The notes under the pieces were generated by a model, which was not told where the DNA came from, searched no databases, and worked only from the letters and a program-made list of their open reading frames with translations. This document shows positions 38,401 to 47,580 of a stretch of DNA of 64,000 nt, piece by piece. Position 1 is the first letter of the stretch. Each line of letters begins with the position of its first letter. Location: NCBI GenBank assembly GCA_002269645.1, contig NIVC01002069.1, positions 1-64,000 on the forward strand, in the 5' to 3' direction. The stretch comes from Macrostomum lignano. Taxonomy: Eukaryota. Made by a program: the position numbers and the translations under genes.

Positions 38401-41400
38401 AACCCCTCAGTCAACTTCAACCAACCCCTCAGTCAACTTCAACCAACCCCTCAGTCAACTTCAACCAACCCCTCAGTCAACTTCAACCAACCCCTCAGTC
38501 AACCTCAACCAACCCCTCAATCAACCTCAACCAACCCCTCAGTCAACTTCAACCAACCCCTTAGTCAACCTCAACCAACCCCTCAGTCAACCTCAACCAA
38601 CCCCTCAGTCAACTTCAACCAACCCCTCAGTCAACCTCAACCAACCCCTCAGTCAACCTCAACCAACCCCTCAGTCAACTTCAACCAACCCCTCAGTCAA
38701 CTTCAACCAACCCCTCAGTCAACCTTAACCAACCCCTCAGTCAATCTCAACCAACCCCCAGTCAACCTCAACCAACCCCTCAGTCAACCTCAACCAACCC
38801 CTCAGTCAACTTCAACCAACCCCTCAGTCAACTTCAACCAACCCCTCAGTCAACTTCAACCAACCCCTCAGTCAACTTCAACCAACCCCTCAGTCAACTT
38901 CAACCAACCCCTCAGTCAACTTCAACCAACCCCTCAGTCAACTTCAACCAACCCCTCAGTCAACTTCAACCAACCCCCAGTCAACCTCAACCAACCCATC
39001 AGTCAACTTCAGCCAACCCTTGAGTGAACCTCAACCAACCCTTGAGTGAACCTCAACCACCAACCCTTAAGTGAACCTCAATCACCAATCCTCAGTGAAC
39101 CTCAATCAACCCGCAGTGAACCTCAACCACCAACCCCAACCATTCTGTAAACAGCCCATTGTGCACATTATCTCACACGTACTCATCATCTGAATCCATA
39201 GCAACCCTAGCCATCGGGCCCTGAAGTCCACCGGAGGCCTGTCGATCGTGCCAGACACCTCCGCCAGCGACATCGGCGCCTCTCGACTGCAAACTGCCGG
39301 ACTGATCTTGACTGCCGCTAGCCAAAGAAGAATTATTAGTGTTGCTATGGTGACTATCAGACGATTGATAATATTGATTCTCTCTACTTGGCGGCCTGTT
39401 GCCGGCGGCTCTGCTGCTGCTGGCGCGGGAGTCCAATTTGGCAATGCTGCGAGTACGCTTGATGCTGATGCCGCGAAATAAACTCTGCGAGATGATGGGC
39501 GATAGAGCAATGCTGATTGGCTGACATCTGATATTGCAATAAACTATTTGATACTCTTCTTTTTATTGAAGATTGGGTTGGAGGTTAAACTTCACTCAAG
39601 GGTTGGTTGAGGTTTACTGTGGGTTGGTTGAGGTTCACTCAAGGGTTGGTGGTTGATCTTTACTGAAAGGTTGGTGGTTGAGATTCTCAGAAGGATTGGT
39701 GGCTGCGGCTCACTGAAGATTTGGTAGTTGAGGTTCACTTAATAGTTGGCTGAGGTTCACTCAATGATTGATTGTTGAGGTTCACTCAATGATTGATTGT
39801 TGAGGTTCACTCAATGATTGATTGTTGAGGTTCACTCAATGATTAATTGTTGAGGTTCACTCTCAAGTTTTGGTGGTTGAGGTTCACTCTCAAGTTTTGG
39901 TGGTTGGGGTTCACTCAAGGGTTGGTGGTTGAGGTTCACTCTCAAGTTTTGGTGGTTGAGGTTCACTCTCAAGTTTTGGTGGTTGGGGTTCACTCAAGGG
40001 TTGGTGGTTGAGGTTCACTCTCAAGTTTTGGTGGTTGAGGTTCACTCTCAAGTTTTGGTGGTTGAGGTTTACTCAAGAGTTGGTGGTTGATGTTCATTCA
40101 ATTGTTGGTGGCTGAGGTTCACTGAAGGTGCACAGATATATAGTTAGTATTGAGTGAACGCCAACGACCAACCTGAGGTACAATACCGATAGACCTAGAC
40201 CTATTATTGACCTATCAGGTGCTATAATATATTACTGTGGTGTCAGTTATAATAATTAAAAGCCTCACCTTAATCTTAGCCCCAGCACTTTGCTGCTGCT
40301 GCGGCTGATAATTTTGACCAGTTAAAATTGCCGAGTTGCGATTTGACTGATGCAGCTGAGCCATGCTGCCTCGGTGCCAGCTGGGGTCCGACTGGCCGGA
40401 TGTCAGATCAGCTGATGACGCATATGAGGAATCTGGATGGATTAAAAGCATTGGAGCACCTGCATTAGATTATCTATTTTTAATATAAGATAATTACACA
40501 CAATCTGAGAGGGCAATTGCTAGAGCTACAGGCAATCTGAGAGGGCAATTGCTAGAACTACAGGCAATCTGAGAGGGCAATTGCTAGAACTACAGGCAAT
40601 CTGAGAGGGCAATTGCTAGAACTACAGGCAATCTGAGAGGGCAATTGCTAGAGTTACACACAATATGAGAGGGCAATTGCTAGAACTACAGGCAATCTTA
40701 GAGGGCAATTGCTAGAACTACACACAATCGGAGAGGGCAATTGCTAGAACTACACACAATCTGAGAGGGCAATTGCTAGAGCTACACACAATCTGAGAGG
40801 GCAATTGCTAAAAATACAAGCAATCTGAGAGGGCAATTGCTAGAGTTACACACAATCTGACAGGGCAATTGCTAGAACTACAAGCAGTCTGAGAGGGCAA
40901 TTGCTAGAACTACAGGCAATCTGAGAGGGCAATTGCTAGAACTACAGGCAATCTGGGAGGGCAATTGCTAGAACTACAGACAATCTGAGAGGGAAATTGC
41001 TTGAACTACAGGCAATCTAAGAGAGCAATTGCTAGAACTACTGAGAGGGCAATTGATTAGCAACAACAAAAATTAGCCTTACTAGGAAAGTAAAGAAAAT
41101 CAGACTGCCCAATGTCAACCGCAGCCTCTCTGTGCCGCTGTATTCGAGTGTCTGATCTTCGCAAAGAAGCCAACCTCTTAAAAGGGCTGGACATATCTGC
41201 GCCACTTTGTTGGCAGAGAAAACTTTTCAATATCTTGCACAATATATTCTCTTACTGAATTTCGTATATTACAAACTCGTTATTAAAGAAATTGTTTTTT
41301 TACACAATTGGCGTGTTTTTTTAAAGTATAAGAAATATATGAGAAAAAAATGAGAAAACTTGGCTTAGCCAGATATATCAGACATTTATACGTTTATGTA

Positions 41401-43486
41401 GAGAATTAGGAGAGAAAAGACTCAAGACTGCAGTTAGCCAACACATACCGTAGCCCCCCCGTCCCCTGACCAGAGCAACAAAAGCACTGCATTTAGTTTA
41501 GCCAAGTAGGGCTGGCTAAATGCATTTCATACACAACATAACTGCAATAAGCCCGACACAGAGGGGAGGGGAGGGGTAGGGGGTTCCCATGCGTTCAAAC
41601 TCACCTCACTTACTTCGTGACTTTCTCTCTTCTTTTCTCTATGCATGTTACCCAGACAGACGCACACAGACACACGCATAATACACCACACATTCGTAGA
41701 TATTAAAAAGCAAGCTCAATGTGCATATAACCCGAAAATAATCATTAGACTCTCCACGGCGATATCTTTAGGCTCGAAAATTGAGTGTACGGTACGCGCA
41801 CCCAGAGCGAGATAGCGTAGCTGCGTACACAACGCGTAGGCCATTTTTATAGGCCAAAAATGGAATATAATTAATAATAATGCTATATACTAAACATGAC
41901 AACTAACGATGTACACAGTCTAAGTAGAATTGTCTGCTTTTTTTGTTACTCAGCTAAAACTTTTACAATACGCCATCATCAGGTGTATTGAGAGTCTGTG
42001 TGTCCGCGTGTTTGCACAGATTTTGACAGCCAACGAATTAGACAAGAAATTCTTAATACCAGATTTTTATCAGATTGGCTTACAGCACCGTATTAGGCCA
42101 AAATTGGAATATAATTAATAATAATACTATATACTTAGCATACTATATACTAGACTTTTTTAATGTTTAAAGGTCTTTAAAAAGATAAAAACATTTGCAG
42201 AAAAGATGAATTTTTCAAACCACGTTTCTTTAAACAATTCTGGATTAATTTCAACGCTCAATGTTTTTAGTTACTTAGCTCTCGTCTCTATCTCATCTCT
42301 ATTTCCTCTCCTCTCCTCTCTCATCTGGACCGCAGTCACGCGACAGACTTTCTAGCTAGACCTTGATGTAAAAACTTTTGACTAAACCTGCCCTACCCCT
42401 ACCAAGACCTTATAATTGACCCTATACCATAACCCTACGATGACCCTCAACCTTAAGCATGACTCTTACTTATGACCCTAAACCATAAGCAGAACCCTTA
42501 CTTATAGCCCTAAACCCTAACCATGACCCTTACTTATAGCCCTAAACCCTAACCATGACCCTTACTTATAGCCCTAAACCCTAACCATGACCCTTACTTA
42601 TAGCCCTAAACTCTAACCATAACCCTGACTTATGACCCTAAACCCTAACCATGACCCTTACTTATAGCCCTAAACCCTAACCATGACCCTTACTTATGAT
42701 CCTAAACCCTAACCCTAACCCTTACTTATGATCCTAAACCCTAACCATGACCCTTACTTATGATCCTAAACCCTAACCCTAACCCTTACTTATGATCCTA
42801 AACCCTAACCATGACCCTTACTTATGATCCTAAACCCTAACCATGACCCTTACTTATGATCCTAAACCCTAACCCTAACCCTTACTTATGATCCTAAACC
42901 CTAACCGTAACCCTTACTTATGATCCTAAACCCTAACCATAACCCTTACTTATGATCCTAAACCCTAACCATGACCCTTACTTAGATCCTAAACCCTAAC
43001 CATGACCCTAAACCGTTACCATGACCCTAAACTCTAATTGTGAACCTAAACCCTAATTATGACCCTAAACCCTAACCATAACCCTTACTTATGATCCTAA
43101 ACCCTAACCATGACCCTAAACCGTTACCATGACCCTAAACTCTAATTGTGAACCTAAACTCTAATTATGACCCTAAACCCTAATCATAACCCTAAACTCT
43201 AACCATGACCCTGAATCCTAATCATGATCCTAAACCCTAGCCATGGCCCTAAAGTCCTAAACCCTAAAAATGATCCTAAACCCTAACCATGACCTTAAAT
43301 CCTGAACTATAACCCTTCCATGACCTTTCATGAGTTGGGAACCTAATTAAAACAGGCGATTAAAGGAAATCCCCTATTCAATCATACAAAACTTTAAGCA
43401 GGCCTTACTCACCGCACAGATCCGGTCTCTCTTCGACTTTGCTCCAGAATTTTTGAAAGTCGTGCAATCCGCCAGGCGAATCAATT
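7528..43486 (-). CDS. SynGAP/DAB2IP/RASAL2-family Ras GTPase-activating protein (PH-C2-RasGAP-coiled coil), multi-exon, 5' end unresolved
   Basis: Phase-consistent exons in transcript order: 43413-43486 and 41083-41196 (tentative), 40269-40459, 39179-39484, 37621-37934, 34693-34947, 31213-31473, 26072-26173, 24858-24962, 10815-11704, 9237-9739, 7528-8436. Family motifs: [18 protein letters not shown] (PH), [29 protein letters not shown] (C2), FRGNSIATK (arginine finger), [35 protein letters not shown]. Confidence 0.9.
8545..8800 (-). mobile_element. Penelope-like retroelement 3' remnant with hammerhead ribozyme core
   Basis: Minus-strand KLKLLAP...[12 protein letters not shown] resembles the GIY-YIG C-terminal KPxLN motif; followed by CTGACGA-tgcaccatggcgtgc-GAAACGCGTT. 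Confidence 0.55.
8845..9120. repeat. 25-bp minisatellite (~11 copies) with TTTTGGCGCC core
   Basis: Unit ggcactcattttggcgccacaggca. Confidence 0.95.
9237..9739 (-). CDS. RasGAP gene exon (end of GAP domain)
   Basis: ctctccag acceptor, G|[18 protein letters not shown], donor cag|gtcagt in phase 0. Confidence 0.85.
10210..10715 (+). repeat. Degenerate telomere-like (TTAGGG/TTTAGGG variant) intronic satellite
   Basis: Repeated ttagggtttagtttagggttttagattagg. Confidence 0.85.
10815..11704 (-). CDS. RasGAP gene exon (end of C2 and GAP core)
   Basis: Lies within ORF 10750-11736; acceptor ctgcag, donor gtaag; FRGNSIATK and FLRFICPA motifs. Confidence 0.93.
11810..12065. repeat. ~21-22-bp minisatellite
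   Basis: Tandem ggggattaaggggcgattctc variants. Confidence 0.85.
12584..16176 (+). mobile_element. Non-autonomous Helitron-like unit 1
   Basis: 5' A|TCTTATACTAAAG followed by gtttgtctgt microsatellite; four ~440-495-bp subrepeats; (TAACCC)5 at 14881-14910; GA-rich tract; 3' hairpin ctcctcc-gaa-ggaggag (16151-16167) then CTCG. Confidence 0.75.
16177..18854 (+). mobile_element. Non-autonomous Helitron-like unit 2, head-to-tail with unit 1
   Basis: Same TC start, two subrepeats (second partial), (TAACCC)3 at ~17449-17466, GA-rich tract, identical 3' hairpin and CTCG. Confidence 0.75.
18855..20077 (+). mobile_element. Non-autonomous Helitron-like unit 3, short deletion derivative
   Basis: TC start, one subrepeat, degenerate telomeric tract at 19861-19880, no GA tract, hairpin ctcctcc-agc-ggaggag then CTCG. 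Confidence 0.72.
20079..20400 (+). mobile_element. 5' portion of a different Helitron-like subfamily
   Basis: TCCATATACTAAAAATGG...gtgtgtgtg...aaaaatggctcaaccgattttgttcaaactt is typical of animal non-autonomous Helitron 5' ends; 3' end not located. Confidence 0.55.
20613..20700 (+). mobile_element. tRNA-Ser(GCT)-like SINE head or tRNA pseudogene; second copy at ~22152-22240
   Basis: gagagctagcctagag...gactgctaat...gggttcgaatc followed by a T-rich tract; near-identical layout at 22152. Confidence 0.5.
20745..21890. repeat. 48-bp dimeric (2 x 24 bp) minisatellite
   Basis: Alternating aaaccaaggattactgcactcgat and aagccaaggattattgctattaat. Confidence 0.95.
22270..23570. repeat. ~23-bp minisatellite
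   Basis: Unit agaagcgtcatgtaaacaatcat, with length variants. Confidence 0.95.
24423..24460 (+). repeat. Interstitial telomeric tract, about six perfect TTAGGG units
   Basis: ttagggttagggttagggttagggttagggttagggttag. Confidence 0.95.
24858..26173 (-). CDS. RasGAP gene C2-domain exons 26072-26173 and 24858-24962
   Basis: [34 protein letters not shown]|[35 protein letters not shown]; phase-2 introns. Confidence 0.9.
25060..25830. repeat. 57/55-bp minisatellite between the two C2 exons
   Basis: Unit gggaaaattatcccaactgaacacagagaactagaatccgtactagaatccctattt. Confidence 0.95.
26815..28190. repeat. 24-bp minisatellite (~55 copies)
   Basis: Unit tgccactctccctcatcccctatt. Confidence 0.97.
28650..29580. 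repeat. 21/22-bp minisatellite
   Basis: Unit cccctgctaatgtctgttcta with variable C-run. Confidence 0.96.
31213..31473 (-). CDS. RasGAP gene PH-domain exon
   Basis: [14 protein letters not shown]...VRPVHQSL...[17 protein letters not shown]; cag acceptor, gtaag donor, phase 2/2. Confidence 0.88.
31760..32590. repeat. 34-bp minisatellite
   Basis: Unit ggtaggttcagcttcagtgactactattcagaca. Confidence 0.96.
32658..32758 (-). CDS. Candidate alternative first coding exon of the RasGAP gene
   Basis: ATG-initiated [33 protein letters not shown] ending in a phase-2 gtaagt donor, compatible with the PH exon acceptor. Confidence 0.4.
33470..34660. repeat. 17/18-bp minisatellite
   Basis: Unit cacttcactgacactccc. 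Confidence 0.96.
35577..35870 (+). mobile_element. CORE-SINE-like element, family A copy 2
   Basis: ttgagcaagacacttaactctgcattgcttcagttcaccc...gctgaggctgagctgtcggttgcac-type body shared with copy 1; ATT-repeat tail. Confidence 0.8.
36170..36420 (-). mobile_element. Diverged copy of SINE family B
   Basis: Reverse complement aaggcacagtgaagtgaacatgcctaacgat...gggccactgtacagtcctgtgtgagtgtgtg resembles 45865-45960. Confidence 0.5.
37250..37590. mobile_element. Inverted pair of hAT-like MITE sequences (CAGGG...CCCTTG ends, GA-rich interior)
   Basis: 37255-37330 is the reverse complement of 37517-37575; tagagcaggg...cccttgctcta ends; related copies at 56636-56860 and 45050-45095. Confidence 0.6.
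37954..39135 (+). repeat. 25/22-bp minisatellite, left arm of an inverted pair around exon 39179-39484
   Basis: Units cagtgaacctcaaccatcaaccctt and cagtcaacttcaaccaacccct. Confidence 0.95.
39570..40130 (-). repeat. Same minisatellite family in inverted orientation, right arm
   Basis: ggttggtggttgaggttcactcaag units; terminal tgaggttcactgaaggtg is the exact reverse complement of 37954-37971. Confidence 0.93.
40495..41056. repeat. 32-bp minisatellite filling most of an intron
   Basis: Unit caatctgagagggcaattgctagaactacagg. Confidence 0.95.
42400..43320 (+). repeat. Telomere-variant satellite, ~32-bp unit built from CCCTAA-like monomers
   Basis: ccctaaaccctaaccatgacccttacttatag and variants containing ccctaaccctaaccc. 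Confidence 0.9.
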
Positions 43487-43719
43487 CTAGTTAGCAAAGC
43501 TAGACTCCAATGGGGCTGTTGACTAGATAGAAATATATCAGCCTCCTGTGAAGTAGCGGGTTATGGAAACGGCTAAGGTTACGGGTTATAGTTAGAGCCT
43601 ATGCTAATTAGAGATTTAGTCAATAAAATGTTGGTTGCAAATTTTGCTACTACACACAAGTTGTACGTATTTCAGTCATAAGGGCTGCGTTTTTCAACCT
43701 CTTTACAGTTTTAGTAGCT

Positions 43720-44120
43720 ATCGACTGTGTCTTAATGTTTAAATATAATGTCTTTGTGTCTGTCTTTGTGTGTCTTTTGTCTATTTTAGTGTCTTAGTGT
43801 CTACTTTAAGCGTTACTTAGTGTACTTCTTTCTTTGCTTAAGATAGATGCTAAGACACAAGGAGATGGACACTAGGACACACAAATGATGTACAAAGTTG
43901 GATACAAGGACTCACAAAGATAGACACTAAGACACATAGAGATGGACACTAAGAAACATGAAGGTGGAGACTAAGACAAATGAAGATGGACACTAAGAAA
44001 CATGAAGATGGACACTAAGACAAATGAAGATGGACACTAAGACAGATGGAGATGGACACTAAGACAAATGAAGATGGACACTAAGACATAAAGATGGACA
44101 CTAAGACACAAAGGACACTG
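43720..44120. repeat. ~22-bp minisatellite with a short inverted left arm
   Basis: gatggacactaagacaaatgaa units at 43840-44120; gtgtcttagtgtc-type inverted copies at 43720-43810. Confidence 0.7.
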
Positions 44121-44923
44121 CTGAAATATTAAGTGGTGAAGAAGCTATCTCAAACCTAAAACTAGGTCCACAATTGAAATACTGTAATCTAGCAGTTCAG
44201 CTCAGAGTGAATCAATGCAAGTCATATATTTTAAAAAAAATATTAATCCGTGAATCAACATAACTACTGTAAGTACGAGTATGAGTGTATGAGCTAAAAA
44301 TTTAGTACTTTTCGAAAAAATACAAATCAAAATTATGTAAAATCTAGCATGCTGTTGTGCTTAAATTCTACTACTGCTACTAACAGTAGTCTGAAATAAC
44401 GGACAACTACATGAAAAAGGTTAGTTTTTTCAACACTAAATTTTCCAAAATCTCGATACTGTTATAAAAAATGTTTTAAATTTCTGTATTGGATTATTAA
44501 AACTGCGTGCAAATACGGAATGATAAGAATCTATAGAAAAAGGACATTAATTTCATAAGCTTATAGAGAGCACAGAGTACTTTAGTGAGCACCATATCGT
44601 AATTTCATTTCAATTTTAATCTTTACATATAAAAGAACTGCCCTAATTAACAGAGCGAATTCTTTAGAACTATTAATGAGGCAATTGTATTAATAATAAT
44701 AATGAAACATACTATTTTAGTTTAAAAGGAAGTTTTCCAATTATATTAGTTAGTTGATCGCGCTACCCATTATATTGAATACATGCATATTAGTCACACA
44801 CGCAGTTAATTGAAATTCCATATCCTAGATTTCTGAAAAAAAACATCTGAAAATTCCAGACAGGACATAAAACCAAAAACTTTTCAAGTTATAAGAAAGC
44901 TACTTAGTAAGTAGTACATACGA

Positions 44924-46075
44924 GATGGGGCAGAGCAGCTCAGCGGTAAACGCGTCTGAATCTCACACCATGACCCTCTAGCTGGTTCAATTCCGTGTCC
45001 CATCACATTTTTTGGAGCTTGTGTGCATGAAAGATGAAAGTTGGCCTAAGGCATGGGGCGTCAAACTCCGGCTTGCGGGCCTTTGAAACTTCTCTCCTGC
45101 TTCTCCTCTCCCCTCTCTTCTGTCTCCTCTCTCCTCTCTCCTCTCAGCTCCTCCAATCTACTATCTTCTCTCAGCTCCTCCACTCTCCTCTTCTCTCAGC
45201 TCCTCCACTCTCCTCTTCTCTCAGCTCCTCCACTCTCTTCTCTCCCCTCTCTTCTGTTTCATCTCTCCTCTCCACTCTCCTCTCAGCTCCTCCACTCTCC
45301 TCTTTCCTCTTCTCTCAGCTCCTCCACTCTCCTCTCTCTTCTTCTCTCAGCTCCTCCACTCTTCTGTCTCATCTCTCCTCTCAGCTTCTCCACTCTACTA
45401 TCTTCTCTCAGCTCCTCCACTCTTCTGTCTCATCTCTCCTCTCAGCTTCTCCACTCTACTATCTTCTCTCAGCTCCTCCACTCTCTCCTCTCCCCTCTCT
45501 TTTGTCTCGTCTCGTCTCTCCTCTCCACTCTCCTCTCAGCTCCTCCACTCTACTATCTTCTCTCAGCTCCTCCACTCTCTCCTCTTTCCTCTCCTCTCAG
45601 CTCCTCCACTCTCCTCTCTCTTCTTCTCTCAGCTCCTCCACTCTTCTGTCTCATCTCTCCTCTCAGCTTCTCCACTCTACTATCTTCTCTCAGCTCCTCC
45701 ACTCTCTCCTCTCCCCTCTCTTCTGTCTCGTCTCGTCTCTCCTCTCCACTCTCCTCTCAGCTCCTCCACTCTCCTCTCTCTTCTTCTCTCAGCTCCTCCA
45801 CTCTTCTGTCTCATCTCTCCTCTCAGCTCCTCCACTCTCTCCTCTTTCCTCTCCTCTCAGCTGGGTAGGCACAGAGACTGTACATGCCTGACAATTGGAA
45901 AGCCGGGGCCGCTGTACACCCTGTGTGAGCGTGTGCATGAGTGCGTGCCTGCGTACAGTATTGGCTTAGCCTGTGCGCTCAGAAGTCAGCTGAATGGGGA
46001 GAATTGCCTCAGCACTGTCTGGCTGGTTGTGGGACAGTATCGAGCGAAAGGCGTTGCGCTAGGGTTGCCCGAAGC
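44924..46075 (+). mobile_element. tRNA-derived SINE family B, interrupted at ~45050-45860 by a MITE end and a CT-rich expansion
   Basis: Head gcagctcagcggtaaacgcgt...ggttcaattcc; body resumes at ~45865 and aligns to the uninterrupted minus-strand copy at 53755-54250. Confidence 0.65.
45090..45860. repeat. CT-rich low-complexity tandem repeat
   Basis: Repeated ctctcagctcctccactctcct. Confidence 0.9.
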
Positions 46076-46646
46076 CCTCCTGCAAAAGTTGATTGGTTTC
46101 AGACTTAAATGTTTTTCTACTTACCATTGTCAAAGCATAAATTTCATACGCCGATATTCAATCAAGACTTACTAAGGGTAAGGAGCAGTCAAGCGCAATG
46201 CCTATATAGAAATGAAAGCATTTAACATCATTTAATAGCATATTCTTTTATTATGCATTTACGCAGTCTGGTATAGTTTTATATAGTCTAATAAATTCAT
46301 GGTAAGTTAAAAAGTGTAGAAGCTAAAGAGCTAAATGGCTATATATATATAAATAGATTAACCATATATTCGTTCATCTGTGTACAAAATGGTACAGGAA
46401 AGTAGAAAGCATCTGTTAAACGCATGCACATACGCTCGTGCAAGCATACAAGAAGATTGTAGCCAGAATTAGAACTTAGAAAAACTGTTTAGCCTATATA
46501 ATTATAAATTGAACTAAAACCGAGACACTAAACTATTTACAGACCGCTGCAGGTAGTCTTTACTTGCACATTAGTATATTTCACAGATTCTATATTATCT
46601 AGAAGTACTTTTTGCGTGACTCCAGCATTCGCAAATGACTTGTGGC

Positions 46647-47580
46647 TTTCAAAAGTGGACACAGAGACTCTGTGGCTTCGCCAAGTCAAAGTAGTCTATG
46701 GCCCAAACCAAAATGGCTTAAAGGCGCAATCAGTGTTGTCGGATTCAGCGCGCAGGAATGTCGTTGTCTCACGATTTCGCGGGCAAGACGGCAGATTCCG
46801 TGCCCGCTGTTTTAGTCTATGGCCAATCGTGAAACAACATAGTTCTGACTATGGATTTTCAGGCAGGAATGAGCTGAATCCTCGCTTCTTCGCTTTCAGC
46901 CCTCGGATTCGCTCATTCCTGCCCTCAAATCCATAGTCAGAACAATCAGTTCCCGCACTCGTTCGCGTGCCGGAATGCAACTGTCTATGGTAAACACGCC
47001 ATTGAAATCAAGCAGAAAATCAGTGCAGAAATGATGTGCGAATCTTGCACTATAAAGGAAACGGAACATTAATTATATAGTATATTTAGTTCATTTACTA
47101 TCTTTGGTTTAAGTGTCTATGGTCTCGTATTACTGGTCTCGGTTTAATTGTCTATGGTCTCGTATTAGTGGGGGCTCCGCCTTGACCCCTGCTTCCTACC
47201 ACTCTTACTATGTGCAAGAATGAATCCAACAACACTGCAATTTCCACACTCTGACTCGTGCGTCAATGGCAAAAGCACGAGTGCTTTTTGCCATTGACGC
47301 ACTCGTTAGAGTGCGGAAATATACCAGTGCAGATGCTGTTCTGTGAGGCTTTGGTCAGGTTACAAACAAGCTTTAAACTTAAGTAAAACCACAAAGAGCC
47401 CTTCTTCTCTGACGAATTGATTGACGCGTTGTCTGCTCTCCGATAGAGAAGGTTTAAACTCCACAAGGCCAAAAAGCTAAAGGTGGAAAACTGATTGCGC
47501 ACCCTTCAAGCCATTTTGGTTTGGGCCATAGACTACTTTGACTAGGCGAAGACACATAGTCTCTGTGTCCACTTTTGAAA
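46647..47580. mobile_element. Non-autonomous DNA transposon with ~90-bp terminal inverted repeats
   Basis: 46647-46733 tttcaaaagtggacacagagact...ggcccaaaccaaaatggctt...gcgcaatcag is closely matched by the reverse complement of 47491-47580; no TSD identified. Confidence 0.8.

Noticed and set aside
44924-45005. Possible functional tRNA gene
   Set aside because: No convincing cloverleaf, and it continues into a body shared with other dispersed copies, so it is a SINE head.
45034-45891. 271-285-aa Ser/Leu ORFs
   Set aside because: CT-rich repeat expansion.
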